DNA of 64,000 nt from a virus (IMGVR_UViG_3300036845_000456:16968-80967); one strand, 5' to 3'. Positions 50,141 to 60,797 are shown, counted from the first letter of the stretch. A program made the numbers and translations. Notes: generated by a model not told the origin, from the sequence alone.

Positions 50141-50333
50141 TCAATCAGATGGAAACGTTCCACGACGACGAAACACCGGCCATGAAGCACCGAGCGACCA
50201 GCGCCAAATGCCAGACCTGCGGGATGCGCGTTCGCGTCGGCTTCACCTATTGCCTGCCGTGTCGGCGCCGACGCTACCGCGCGGCCTCGCTCAAGGGCTG
50301 GCGCACGCGCAAGGCGCGGCAGAGGATGCGCGC

Positions 50334-50753
50334 ATGAGCCCACGGCGTGGCCAGATTGACCTGTTCACCAAGCGGGTGCGGAGGCCGCCGCCGGCCCCTG
50401 AATTTTCGATGCAGGCCATGTTGGCCGATATCTTGTCAAAATGGGCCGCGCGCGATTGGCGGTACACACATATGCCGCTTGGCGAGTATCGCACCGATGC
50501 GACCGCCGGCAGGCTCAAGAGGATGGGGGTCATCGCCGGCTGGCCGGACTTCATCCTGCTGTCGCCCAAGCCGCAGTCGCTGGCGCATTTTCTGGAGCTT
50601 AAGCGGCGCGGGGGCGCGCTCTCGGAATCACAGGCTGCATTCGCCGCGTATTGCCAGGAGCACGGCTACCCGTTCGCCTGCGTCGATCGGTTCGATGACG
50701 CGGTGAATGTGCTCAAGCAATGGGGCGCGCTGAGAGTGAGTATTCAGGCATGA
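50334..50753 (+). CDS. VRR-NUC nuclease
   Basis: LKRMGV.AGWPD..FLELK..G.LSESQ. Confidence 0.85.
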   Translation: MSPRRGQIDLFTKRVRRPPPAPEFSMQAMLADILSKWAARDWRYTHMPLGEYRTDATAGRLKRMGVIAGWPDFILLSPKPQSLAHFLELKRRGGALSESQAAFAAYCQEHGYPFACVDRFDDAVNVLKQWGALRVSIQA

Positions 50754-50956
50754 GGCGAGACAAGGATACCGCGCCCCCGGAAGCGCAGAGCATCGACGTC
50801 TATCTCTGCGATCATTGCGGCCATGTGCATTTTGTTCTGCTCGGTCACGCCGACAAGGTGATCGCCGGGGCAACGATGACGCCCGACGATGCCGACAGCT
50901 TCAGCGCTGATATCCGCGCTGTGGTTGCGCAAGTACGGGAGCGAACGCTGCAATGA
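50750..50956 (+). CDS. Hypothetical protein
   Basis: Coupled ORF with CDHCG. Confidence 0.45.
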   Translation: MRRDKDTAPPEAQSIDVYLCDHCGHVHFVLLGHADKVIAGATMTPDDADSFSADIRAVVAQVRERTLQ

Positions 50957-51126
50957 GCAGGATAGCGGGGACAAATAGGAACATTGGGAGGGACCGCACC
51001 GTCCGTGCTGCTATCGTCTCTATAAACTCTGGCAAAAAAGGGCTCATCACCATGAATTGCCGAACCTTCATTCAAGCTCGCCGCCATGCCTTAGCGCCGT
51101 ACTGACGTCGCAGGACTTCGCCGGGT

Positions 51127-52677
51127 ATGGCAGACGCGCAACTGGGCGTGTTTGAGATTGGTTTTGCGTCGTGGTCGCGCATTCTAAGCGGCTCCGCGAA
51201 CGATGACGCGCGGCTGCAAAATTTCCGCCATTGCACCACGGAAGTCGCGAGCTACGTCACGCGCGGATTGGAAAAGGCGGTCGCCGTTGACGAACTGATC
51301 GAGCTTGCCGCCTCGCATGGGCTGACCGAAAACATCGGCATTGAGAACGTCGAAGGCATCATCACCAAGGCGTTCGAGGCGCGAATAAACGGCGATGGCA
51401 GCGGTGGGCTCGGCGAGCAACACCAACAAGACTACACCGCGAAGCCGCCGCTCAACGTTGTCCCGATTGTCTTTCCGTTCCCAATCAAAGGCGATGATAT
51501 CCCGCGCCGGCCGTGGATCATTCCCGGGCTGTTGCTGCGCCGGCACGTGACCATGCTGGTGGCGCCGCCCGGATCGGGCAAGAGCCTGTTCACCTTGCAG
51601 CTTGGCATGGTCTGCGCGGCGGGGCTGACGAATTGGGGTGGCTGGCGGCTGCGCGGCCCGGTGCGGGTGCTGGTGATCAATAGCGAGGAAGACAAAGATG
51701 AAATGCATCGGCGCTTGTTTGCCGGATGCAGGCTGATGAACCTTGACGAAGACAGCTTGGCCACCAGTTTTGCCTTTGCCGAAGCGCCCGACGATATCGT
51801 CATCGCCAAGGCGGACGCGCGCACCAAGACGGTGACGCGCACGCCGATGATCGAGCGCATCGTGCAAACAATCATCGCCGGACAGTTTGACATTCTGATT
51901 GTTGATCCATTCGCCGAAACCTTCATCGGCGACGAAAACTCGAATTCCGAGCTAAAATGGGCGTGCGTGTTGTGGCGCGAAGTCGCTCGTCGTACTAATT
52001 GCTCTGTGTTGCTGGTGCATCACACGCGCAAATTCGCGCAGGACATGGCCGGCGACATGGATGCGGCGCGCGGCGCCGGGGCGCTGGCGGGCATCTGCCG
52101 GGTGGTGTGCACGCTGTTCGGCATGACGGATCAGGAAGCCGAGCGGCATGGCCTCACAGCGGACAAGCGCACCCGGTATTTGCGGCTCGATGATGCCAAG
52201 TCAAATCTCACGTTGGTGACGCCGATCGCCAAATGGTTTGAGAAGATATCGATCCAATTGCCCAATGCGGGCGATGATCTTCCGGCCGATGAAGTCGGCG
52301 TGCTGATGCCCTGGAAGGCGCTGACCGCGTTCGACAAGATGACCAGCATGCAGGCCAACGCCATGCTTGATGAATTCGTGGCCGGCTATCAGGACGATGA
52401 CGGTGTGCAGACCGGCGATCCGTTCGCGCCGACGCCGCTGCGTGGATCGAAGCCGCGTCGTTGGGCTGGATATGTGATCCAGCGGCATTTGAATTGCGCC
52501 GAGAAGGACGCCGCTGATATCCTGGCTAGTTGGATCAGCAACGGAATCGTGACGGTGGTCCAGAAGGTAGTAAAAACTGGCAAGAAGAAGGGCAACGTGC
52601 CGAGTGATTGTATTCGTGTTGTTGACGGCATGCGCCCTGGCAAGGAGCTTGATCGCGACGAAGACATGCGACTGTAA
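51127..52677 (+). CDS. AAA_25 / RepA-like replicative helicase
   Basis: WIIPG, APPGSGKS Walker A, SEED, IVDP, LLVHHTRK, ARGAGAL, KSN. Confidence 0.9.
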   Translation: MADAQLGVFEIGFASWSRILSGSANDDARLQNFRHCTTEVASYVTRGLEKAVAVDELIELAASHGLTENIGIENVEGIITKAFEARINGDGSGGLGEQHQQDYTAKPPLNVVPIVFPFPIKGDDIPRRPWIIPGLLLRRHVTMLVAPPGSGKSLFTLQLGMVCAAGLTNWGGWRLRGPVRVLVINSEEDKDEMHRRLFAGCRLMNLDEDSLATSFAFAEAPDDIVIAKADARTKTVTRTPMIERIVQTIIAGQFDILIVDPFAETFIGDENSNSELKWACVLWREVARRTNCSVLLVHHTRKFAQDMAGDMDAARGAGALAGICRVVCTLFGMTDQEAERHGLTADKRTRYLRLDDAKSNLTLVTPIAKWFEKISIQLPNAGDDLPADEVGVLMPWKALTAFDKMTSMQANAMLDEFVAGYQDDDGVQTGDPFAPTPLRGSKPRRWAGYVIQRHLNCAEKDAADILASWISNGIVTVVQKVVKTGKKKGNVPSDCIRVVDGMRPGKELDRDEDMRL

Positions 52678-52694
52678 AACCCGGAGATACGTTT

Positions 52695-54626
52695 ATGGCG
52701 TTCTTGGATCGGCTGCTACGATCTGCAAGCAGGCTTTGGAGTGAATGGCGGGCGCGTGCACGCCATGTGGGGTTCAGGCTGCTTGGCGAGTGGCCGGGGC
52801 CGTGGCAGGATAGGGGCTCGCCCACGCCAGCGCCAACGTCAGCGTCTTCGCTTCCGCCAGCGCCCACGCCAACGCCTACGCCAACGTCGCCGACGTCCAC
52901 GCCATTGCCCGCGCCAACGCCCACGTCGCCGTCTACGCCGACGCCCTCGTCACCGCCAACGCCAACGCCCGAGCCGCCGCCATCGTCTACGTCCTCGTCG
53001 TCGTCCTCGCCTTCGCCTTCGCCGACGCCTTCGTCACCGCCACCGTCCTCGCCGACGTCCACGCCATCGCCCGCGCCCTCGCCATCGTCACCGCCGACGC
53101 CATCGCCAGCGCCAACGCCCACGACTTCGGTCCCGCCATCGTCTACGTCACCGCCTTCGTCTACGTCTACGTCACCGCCAGCGCCCGAGCCGGTGCCAGC
53201 ATCGCTGCTGGCTCCGGTGTTCCAACTCCCGGCCTATCGCAAAGAAAAGTGGGTCACGCCGAAACCGGCCGACATTGCGCCGAAACCGGTCAAGCGCACG
53301 GTGCTGCATCGCACCGAACCCGCCAAGCCGCGCCAGCCAAGACCACAGGCGCCGGTACTGACCGACGATCCCGAGCAGTGGGGTCAATATTACTTCCGCG
53401 ACGCGATCCTCGATCAACTCGATGTCTTTTGGGTCTATCTAAAGCGGATGAAGCGCGGCGACCGCGACAGCTACGATCTATTGCATCAAATCGGCATTCA
53501 GATGGTGCCGTTTTCAGCCACGCATAACTTCGACAAGTGGCTCGGCGGTAGCGAGAACGTTGAACTGTCGCCGTGGTTTCGCCAGCGCCGTCCCAGTTTT
53601 GGCGCCATCGCCTACGGCTTCGATGATATCGCCAAGGCCGAAGATCGCATGACCATCGTGGAAAGCGCAGAAGAACCGCCGGACCATGTTTATGCTGACG
53701 TTGAACAGCGACTGAAAGCCGAAGGGGTTCTCGGCAAGCGTCCGGCTTATTTCGTCGCCACGTCCTACAAGTTCGACAAGCGCATCGAAGATCGGCCGAT
53801 GACGATGTTCACGCCGCGCTTCCTGTATTTTCGCAAGATGCAGCGGACGCCGCCAGAACTCGAACACCTGACTGGTGGCGATACCTATTTCATGTGCGTG
53901 TACTGGGATCGGGCCGACAAAAAAATCCACAAACGGTACCAGAGGCGGCGCGGCGGCATCCCGCAAGAGTATGGTGTATTCATCGAGCATGTGACTGGAC
54001 GCGTGCGGATTCTGAAAACCAAGATACACGAGAAGGTCACGATCAAGTGGTCGAAAGGACCTTATGGCGGCAAGTGTTCAGAACCAACGGAATTCATCAA
54101 CACGCACTGGGACGTGCCTGATCGCTTCCTGCGTTGGACGCATCGCGATATGGGCGACATCGAGCCGGAAGATTATTTGCGCCGCATGTTCATCAACGCC
54201 GCCAATCTATACGAATCGGCGGCGCTCGGCTCGGTGGTGCGCGTTGCCGTACACAAGAACGACTTGACCGCGACATTCGGTGTCGAGATCAGGCGCATGG
54301 CGCATTTCTTCCGCGATCGCGACGTCGCGGTGACGACGAAAGGCAGGCGCCGCCCGGTGCTGCGTATGGTGCGGGCGCACATGCGCAAGAACGGCACCAA
54401 GGTGAAGACCTACTTCAGCGGCATGAAGAAGTTCACCTGGGCTGGCTACAAAGTGGAGATCAGCGTCCCCGGCAAGGATCATTTTCATCTGCCGGAAGTC
54501 AACGTTGGTGCCATCTCGCTCGGCGCCAAAGAGCGCGTTGACGAGCGCGGCTTTCTCACCAATCAGCAATACGGAAAGCTTCTCGTCGAGAAAATGCAAC
54601 AGGGAGCAGGAGTACGCAAACCATGA
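52695..54626 (+). CDS. Large hypothetical protein with an N-terminal P/S/T tract encoded by a CGYCNN array
   Basis: 643 aa ORF with GGAG RBS; C-terminal VRAH.R motif. Confidence 0.6.
   Translation: MAFLDRLLRSASRLWSEWRARARHVGFRLLGEWPGPWQDRGSPTPAPTSASSLPPAPTPTPTPTSPTSTPLPAPTPTSPSTPTPSSPPTPTPEPPPSSTSSSSSSPSPSPTPSSPPPSSPTSTPSPAPSPSSPPTPSPAPTPTTSVPPSSTSPPSSTSTSPPAPEPVPASLLAPVFQLPAYRKEKWVTPKPADIAPKPVKRTVLHRTEPAKPRQPRPQAPVLTDDPEQWGQYYFRDAILDQLDVFWVYLKRMKRGDRDSYDLLHQIGIQMVPFSATHNFDKWLGGSENVELSPWFRQRRPSFGAIAYGFDDIAKAEDRMTIVESAEEPPDHVYADVEQRLKAEGVLGKRPAYFVATSYKFDKRIEDRPMTMFTPRFLYFRKMQRTPPELEHLTGGDTYFMCVYWDRADKKIHKRYQRRRGGIPQEYGVFIEHVTGRVRILKTKIHEKVTIKWSKGPYGGKCSEPTEFINTHWDVPDRFLRWTHRDMGDIEPEDYLRRMFINAANLYESAALGSVVRVAVHKNDLTATFGVEIRRMAHFFRDRDVAVTTKGRRRPVLRMVRAHMRKNGTKVKTYFSGMKKFTWAGYKVEISVPGKDHFHLPEVNVGAISLGAKERVDERGFLTNQQYGKLLVEKMQQGAGVRKP
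52819..53199 (+). repeat. CGYC-NN hexamer array H4 (~62 units)
   Basis: cgccca cgccag cgccaa cgtcag cgtctt ... with one 3-nt slip. Confidence 0.85.
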
Positions 54627-54973
54627 AGACGCGGCGCAATGCGTCACTGACGGAATTGGTGCACGATGCGGCGGAAGCGCTGGAGGAATTCGCGCGCTGG
54701 CCGGAAACCGAATCGCGCAAGATCGCGGCTGACAATGCGGTGGCCGACTTGGGCGCGGCCTTGCATGGTTACGATGTCGTGGTGCCCCGGGCGATCATGT
54801 TGACGCTGGTGGCGGACATGCTTGAAGGGATGTTTCTGCGCAAATGCCCGGTGGCCGGCATGCGGCTGGCGTTCGACAAGATGCTCGATATTTTCGATCC
54901 CGGGAAACACATGCGACCGAAGCCGACGAGTGAGCCGAAAGATCAGGAACAGGTGCACGATGCCGCAGGATAA
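54623..54973 (+). CDS. Hypothetical protein
   Basis: Coupled ORF. Confidence 0.5.
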   Translation: MKTRRNASLTELVHDAAEALEEFARWPETESRKIAADNAVADLGAALHGYDVVVPRAIMLTLVADMLEGMFLRKCPVAGMRLAFDKMLDIFDPGKHMRPKPTSEPKDQEQVHDAAG

Positions 54974-55295
54974 TGGCACGGTTTACGTTAACAGCCTCAA
55001 TCACGCGATCGTCGCGCGCATGGCAAGAATCGTCAGTTGGCAGACTGCAACCCGCACCGTCATGGTTGCCGGCAGCCAAGAATTGCCACGCATCACGCGC
55101 GACTATAGTCCCCCTCCGAATATCGATCTGCCGAATGAATTGCCGTACAAATACATTGTGGTCGGGATGATCGTAAAGCCCGGCACTGGCGTGCGCTATG
55201 AAACCGACACGCTGTTGACAGAAGCCGATATTGATCGAATGACCCACCAAGAAAATCTCAGGGTCATCTTTGACAGAAAGCCGTGGCCCTGGTGA
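54960..55295 (+). CDS. Hypothetical protein
   Basis: Overlapping ORF in the operon. Confidence 0.45.
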   Translation: MPQDNGTVYVNSLNHAIVARMARIVSWQTATRTVMVAGSQELPRITRDYSPPPNIDLPNELPYKYIVVGMIVKPGTGVRYETDTLLTEADIDRMTHQENLRVIFDRKPWPW

Positions 55296-55343
55296 GCCGA
55301 AACAACGTAAATCGAAAAGATCACAAAGCAGGAGGAAGGCAAA

Positions 55344-55598
55344 ATGGAACAACTCGTCATCCACGAACAGCAGCAGCCGCTGAGCGACAAGGCGATCAAG
55401 TTCCGCGTGCTCGCCGAGCACCGGGTGACGCGGCTGGTGCGCTTGATTGCGCAACTCGGCAATCTATCGCGGCGCACGACTTATGATTACACGCCGGCCG
55501 AAACCGAGCAGATGTTCCGCGCGCTGCGCGAGGCGCTCGACGCCCTGGAAGCGAAGTTCCGGGGCAAGCAGAGCGCCGCGTTCCGGTTCGAGGATTGA
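55344..55598 (+). CDS. Hypothetical protein
   Basis: KF..LAE.RV..I.QLGNLS...YDYT; AGGAGG RBS. Confidence 0.65.
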   Translation: MEQLVIHEQQQPLSDKAIKFRVLAEHRVTRLVRLIAQLGNLSRRTTYDYTPAETEQMFRALREALDALEAKFRGKQSAAFRFED

Positions 55599-55605
55599 TA
55601 ACAAA

Positions 55606-56424
55606 ATGAAGGCGCATCAGCGGGAAATTCGCGAGGAAAATAATCGATTGGACCCTCGTGAAGTGGCGCACGATTTGAGCGGTTATTCGATCGAGACGAT
55701 TTCACGCCATGATGCTGCGCAAGTCATCATCCGCTATGAATGGCTGGGAACCATGGGACGCACGGTGCATCACATCGGCTTGGTGTCACCGCAACGAGAA
55801 TTGCACGGCGTCGCGTGTTTTGGTCATGGGCCTGCGGGCTATATCCGTAAGCTAATTGGCGAGCCCGCCCTTTGTTTGGAACGTGGCGCTTGTGTGCATT
55901 ATGCGCCAAGGAACGCGGCGAGCTTTCTGATCAACAATGCCTGCAAACTGATTTATCGAATTGCGGGCGTGTCATTGTTTTTTGCTTATGCTGATCCGAA
56001 GGCGGGCGAGTATGGCGGTGTTTATCAGGCTGCGGGATGGGCTTATCTCGGGCAAGGGCTGCAAGGTCGGCCGCAGGGCCGCAAGCTTCGCTACGAAGTC
56101 CTACGTCCCGGCCTCGATCCTAATGATGATCGGAATTGGTGCACGACGCGCGAACTACGGCGAGGCGAGAAATTGGAGCATCTGACATTTGCGCAGGCCA
56201 GGGCGAAGGGGTGGCATATTCGGCGCCGGGCGGGCAAGCATGTATATGCGATCCATGTCGGCCGTGAGCGCAAGCGTTGGCGCAAGGCCCTCGTGTGGTT
56301 GCCTTATCCGGCGCCGTATCCTGAACTGAAACGGAAGCTGCCGGTGCTGTCGATCGAGCCGTTTCGGATCACGCCGCCGATTGCCGACCAAGCCGATATG
56401 TTCGCATCACTGACCAAGTTTTAG
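55606..56424 (+). CDS. Mom-like (GNAT-fold) DNA modification protein
   Basis: RYEWLG, GVACFG, L.R..PRNAASFLI and AYADPKAGEYGGVYQAAGW.YLG match the Mu Mom family pattern. Confidence 0.7.
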   Translation: MKAHQREIREENNRLDPREVAHDLSGYSIETISRHDAAQVIIRYEWLGTMGRTVHHIGLVSPQRELHGVACFGHGPAGYIRKLIGEPALCLERGACVHYAPRNAASFLINNACKLIYRIAGVSLFFAYADPKAGEYGGVYQAAGWAYLGQGLQGRPQGRKLRYEVLRPGLDPNDDRNWCTTRELRRGEKLEHLTFAQARAKGWHIRRRAGKHVYAIHVGRERKRWRKALVWLPYPAPYPELKRKLPVLSIEPFRITPPIADQADMFASLTKF

Positions 56425-56578
56425 TGTTATTTCGAAGAAAAAGTTTCGAAATCGAGCCGAGAACGGCTTGACAGTGATTGATTTTGGGGTTTTCAATTTA
56501 GGCGTGCCGCTGCGACGTCCGGCAAAGATATCGGCAACGGCACGCCAGAACCTCGGTCAACCAAGGAGGGATTTCCCT

Positions 56579-58012
56579 ATGACCGTCAATCAATCTAGCA
56601 AGCGCTTCGCTCCCCTGCAAACGCACAACGTCACGATCCCCGATCACTTGCTCGTGGTCCCAACGCACGATGATCTGCTGACGCAGACCCATACGTTCGG
56701 ATACGACGGCGAGCAGTTTTTCGGCACTGCTTACATCCAAGGGCGCCGACTGCAATTCACGACGGCAATGCCGATCTCGAAGATGATCGAGATCAGCAAG
56801 ATCGATCGCGCCAAAGCTCGCAGCAACGTCAGGGAAGTCATGGAACGTGCCAACCGGCCGCGTGTCGCGGGCCATTCCAAGGCATTACGCGAGTATTTGT
56901 TGACGACGGCATGCCGTGATGAAAAATTCATTTTGCCGGCGTTTACGTTCAACTTCGGCGATGAATCAACAACCCCCGAAGACGTTCCCGAAGCTGTGCT
57001 GATCATCTACGCGCGTGAAAACGACGTCAGCACGAATGGTTGGCCTGCTCTGTTCCAACTTCCGAGCAATATCAAATTGGATACGACCGACGGCGCGCAT
57101 CGCGGTGACGAAAGCGCAAAAATCCTCGGCGATGCCAGTCTGTCTGACGCGGAACGTGCGAACTTGCGGCGCAATGCTTGTGCGGTCACGGTCATCTTCG
57201 AGCGTAAACGTGTCGATGCGCATCAGGATTTTGCCGATTGTGCGAAGGCTAAACCGATCACCGGAAGCCTGATCACATCTTTCGATGTCCGCGATCTGCG
57301 CAATGCGCGCGCCGTGGAACTGGTACAGCGCGTGCCGTTCTTGACCTATTACGTGGATGCGACCGCTGCCAATGTTAATCTCTCGGCTGCATCCCTAAAA
57401 ATATGGTCGATGTCCGCTGTGCGCGGGTTTGTTGCTCACGTTCAGGATCGTTTTCCGCCTGCTACTGGCCAGCATGTTGAGACGACTCTGGTCGAGAAAA
57501 TGGACGGTGCCGAAGATTTCTTCACAGAAGTCATTAGACACCTACCACAACTCAACACTTTGGATCGCGCGCGCCTGGAATTGGAGGAACGGCAGCGGAC
57601 GAATGTTCCAATCAAAACACCCATGACGCGCACCGAGACGCCCGCGACTTTCCGCAATAAACGTGGTGGCGATATCGCCTTGCGTGGCGTCGGCATGAGC
57701 CTGTTTGCACGTGGTTTCGTGCATTGCAAGCAATACGGCGTGGACTATGCAGAGATGGCTAGCAAGCTCGCGACCCTCGATTGGCATTTGCTCGATATTG
57801 AAAGAACCGAGTTACCTAATCCTGAGACTGACGAAGGCCGCGAGAATTTCGCCGATAAGGTGCGCGAGCACACGAATCCGATCTGGCAAAGCATGGTTGT
57901 CGTCGGGGAGAGCCGATACAAAATCGGTTCATCCAATGACGAAGCCAATGCCGCGTGGACGCGCATACTCGCCAAGATCGATCCGGCAAGTCTGTCACAA
58001 GCGGCAGAATAA
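56579..58012 (+). CDS. DndB/DGQHR-domain protein (variant DGAHR)
   Basis: ANRPR..H...L.EYL, FILPAFTFN, TDGAHR and QDFAD..AKPI..SL...FD.RD motifs. Confidence 0.8.
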   Translation: MTVNQSSKRFAPLQTHNVTIPDHLLVVPTHDDLLTQTHTFGYDGEQFFGTAYIQGRRLQFTTAMPISKMIEISKIDRAKARSNVREVMERANRPRVAGHSKALREYLLTTACRDEKFILPAFTFNFGDESTTPEDVPEAVLIIYARENDVSTNGWPALFQLPSNIKLDTTDGAHRGDESAKILGDASLSDAERANLRRNACAVTVIFERKRVDAHQDFADCAKAKPITGSLITSFDVRDLRNARAVELVQRVPFLTYYVDATAANVNLSAASLKIWSMSAVRGFVAHVQDRFPPATGQHVETTLVEKMDGAEDFFTEVIRHLPQLNTLDRARLELEERQRTNVPIKTPMTRTETPATFRNKRGGDIALRGVGMSLFARGFVHCKQYGVDYAEMASKLATLDWHLLDIERTELPNPETDEGRENFADKVREHTNPIWQSMVVVGESRYKIGSSNDEANAAWTRILAKIDPASLSQAAE

Positions 58013-58183
58013 AGGCGACCAACACAATGCCCGCCATCTACCAATGGCAGGCGCGCGCCAGCGAGGCACTTGTCCTCGCTGGCACTGCCGCAACCATAAT
58101 TGAGCGCGAGTTATTGATCGACATCGCCAGCGCCTACGATCGGCTCGCACGGATCAATTCTGCCAAACATTCAGGCGGACAAC

Positions 58184-58564
58184 GTGAGCGATCTCCTTCA
58201 ACAGCTTGAGGACATGAAGGCCGATTGGGCCAGCAACTCGCGCGAACTGATGGCGCTCAATGCCGAGCTTGGCCCGCTGCAAACGCGCCGCTACGGCATC
58301 ATCGACGCAATCAAGCACACGCATGCTTGTTGCGTGCAACGCGATCAATATGAGCGCCAGCAAGTCTATGTGGTCGGCTACCGTCGTGCCGGCGCGGTCG
58401 AGCGGTTCAAGCTGTTTGCTGATCTCAATGAGATCGACGTCGATCTCGGCCCGCTGAACGTCCAACGCCGTGAACTGCTCAGATTGGATAAATACTTTAG
58501 GTTGACGAGCGAAGCTGTCCGCAAAGCCATGAGTGACGCGGCTAAAGGTTCAACCCGACGATGA
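58184..58564 (+). CDS. Hypothetical coiled-coil protein
   Basis: 126 aa ORF converging on the array. Confidence 0.5.
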   Translation: MSDLLQQLEDMKADWASNSRELMALNAELGPLQTRRYGIIDAIKHTHACCVQRDQYERQQVYVVGYRRAGAVERFKLFADLNEIDVDLGPLNVQRRELLRLDKYFRLTSEAVRKAMSDAAKGSTRR

Positions 58565-58585
58565 TGGATTAGATCATCGCCGGGT
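58553..58585 (-). terminator. Hairpin closing the GGY-NN array (probable terminator or 3' stem)
   Basis: Minus strand ACCCGGCGATGAT-loop-ATCATCGTCGGGT (one G-U pair), just after the last GGCAGGC. Confidence 0.55.
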
Positions 58586-58595
58586 CAATCCCTTC

Positions 58596-60249
58596 GCCTG
58601 CCTTGCCCGGCCATGGCTCGCCTTCGCCCTGCCGTGCCTGACCCGGCATAGCCAAGCCTTGCCTGCCATGCCTCGCCGGGCCCTACCAACCAAGCCTTGC
58701 CGTGCCTTGCCCCGATCACCGGGCCAAACCAAACCATGCCTGCCCTGCCTCGCCTCGACCAGCCGTGCAGCGTCTGGCCCGACCGTGCCGCGACGTGCCG
58801 CGCCTCACCACGCCTGCCGCGTCCACACCATGCCTAATTACGCACTGCCCGGCCCAGCGACATGACGCCATGACGTGCCCGATTGCGCCCTGCCCTGCCT
58901 GCCTTACCGCGCCTTACCAAGCTCTACCTTCGCCATGCCTCTTTGCGGCTCGCCCAGTTGCGCCTTGCCTGCCGTGCCCGATCACGTCACGCCTCGCCTC
59001 GCCAGATTCTGCCGAGCCTTGCCTCGCCCCGCCAAGTCACACCGCCGGACCTAGCCCTACCGAGCCACACAAGCCCCGCCGTACCGCGCCTTGTCACACC
59101 AAGCCAAACCGCGCCTGCCCGGCCAAGCCCCGCCATGCCACAACCTGCTGCGCCGAGACGTACCCTGCCGATCGAGCCTAGCCGAACGCACCGAGCCCTG
59201 CCTGCCGCGCCTTGCCGAACCACGTTACGCCGGGCCATGCCACGCCCGAAGCGCCTATTCTCGCCGGGCCTACCCGTGCCTGCCTTGCCTAAGCCGCGCC
59301 GGGCCACACCCCGCTATGCCAGGGGCTGCCGTGCCGCACCGAGACGCGCCGCCCGAGCCACGCCTGCCATGCCTTGTCCGGCGTGCCCCGGCCGGGCCCC
59401 ACCTTGCCCCGCCGTGCCTGCCTAGCCTGACCTTGTCCAGCCGAGCCGTGCACGGCCCCGCCTGACCTAATCCGGCGTCGTCCTGCCGAACCGCGCCACG
59501 CCTGCCCCGCCAAGCCCTGCCCGGCCATGCCACATCCGAGCCTCGCCTCGTCTTGCCGCGCCTCGCCTGCCATGCCTGCCCTGCCTTGCCGCGCCTTGCC
59601 GCGCCCTGCCAGACCCGACCCGGGCAGGCCCCGCCTCGCCTCGCTGGACCTTGCCTGCCTCGCCAGGGCAAGCCCCGCCTCGGCAGGCCCTGCCGCGTCA
59701 TGCCCGGCCTCGCTATGTCAAGCCGGACCGCGCCTTACCGCGCCTGCCTCCCGCGACAGGCCGCGCCGTGCCATGCCTCTTTTCGCCCAGTGTGACCTTC
59801 CGTGCCACACCAGACCGCGTCTCACCGCGCCTCGAAGCGCCGCCCAGTGCTCGCCTGCCCTGCCTCGCCTACGCCAGACCGCGCCTTGCCGCGACGTCAC
59901 AGGCCCGACCGCGCCCGGCCATGCCACGCCTGCCTCGCCACGCCTAACCCCCTTCGGGCCCGGCTACGCCTCGTTGCGTCAAACCGGGCCACGCCTTGCC
60001 TGCCTCACCAGACCACGCCTTGATCCGCCATGCCTGACCGTATCTCACCCCGCCGCTGAAACGCCCAGTCACGCCACGCCTGCCATGCCTGCCCAAGCCA
60101 AGCCCGCCCATACCCCGCCGCTGCCCGGCCTCACCGAGTGCGCCGGGCCCTGCCATGCCGGAACACGTCCCGCCTGCCATGCCTGAACTCGTCACGATGT
60201 GACGCCACGTGCCATGTAATACCCCGCCTCGCCTCGCCTGCCATGCCTG
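58596..60249 (-). repeat. Non-coding GGY-NN pentamer array, ~21 units delimited by GGCAGGC; candidate guide-RNA array
   Basis: Example unit (59574-59659): GGCAGGC AA GGT CC AGC GA GGC GA GGC GG GGC CT GCC CG GGT CG GGT CT GGC AG GGC GC GGC AA GGC GC GGC AA GGC AG GGCAGGC. Starts ~5 nt after the accessory gene stop. Confidence 0.9.
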
Positions 60250-60254
60250 ATATT

Positions 60255-60791
60255 TCATCCCGGTGGCGGCGCATGCGTTTCACCGTCCTTGCCGCCACGT
60301 CGCCGCGACGGTTTGATCCGCGCACCCGCCGCAACAATGTGTTGTAAGCCGGTTTCGAGTTGTTCTGATAGGCCGGGGAAGCGTTGGTCGAGAAACATCG
60401 CCATGTTGCGCAGTCGTGTGATAACGTCACGACATCGCTCGATCCCGTCAGCAACAACTTCCTTGGCTTGCGTAACCGTCAGTTCCGGCGCAGACAAATC
60501 AAGATAGGATTGACTGCGTTTCGGCACAAACGGATCACGAACATAAACCACCGACGAGATCGTCATTGGTGTATCAACAACAACAACAGTGACGAAGCGG
60601 AGTAGTTTGCGTGCTCGGTCAAGCCGTTGCCGGTGTGCCGCGACGTGATCATCCCAAATGAATTCCTTGTGTAAGGGATGATCCTTTGCGCGCGCGGCCT
60701 CAACGATCAGTTGGGGCGAAAGGCGGCCGCGATTTTTCTTGCGGATGTCCGCCAGTGCCTTGTGGACGCGCGCTTGCCGGTGCGATCTCAT
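60255..60791 (-). CDS. RAMP-associated accessory protein
   Basis: GRLSPQLIVEAARAKDHPLHKEFIWDD..AA...R..RAR.L conserved motif; lies between RAMP A and the array. Confidence 0.75.
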   Translation of the reverse strand: MRSHRQARVHKALADIRKKNRGRLSPQLIVEAARAKDHPLHKEFIWDDHVAAHRQRLDRARKLLRFVTVVVVDTPMTISSVVYVRDPFVPKRSQSYLDLSAPELTVTQAKEVVADGIERCRDVITRLRNMAMFLDQRFPGLSEQLETGLQHIVAAGARIKPSRRRGGKDGETHAPPPG

Positions 60792-60797
60792 GACGGT

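Noticed and set aside
58533-60347. Many overlapping Pro/Arg/Cys/Ala-rich ORFs on both strands
   Set aside because: These are shadow ORFs of the stop-poor 5-nt GGY-NN array. They have no RBS or domain, and a 5-nt period does not fit coding.
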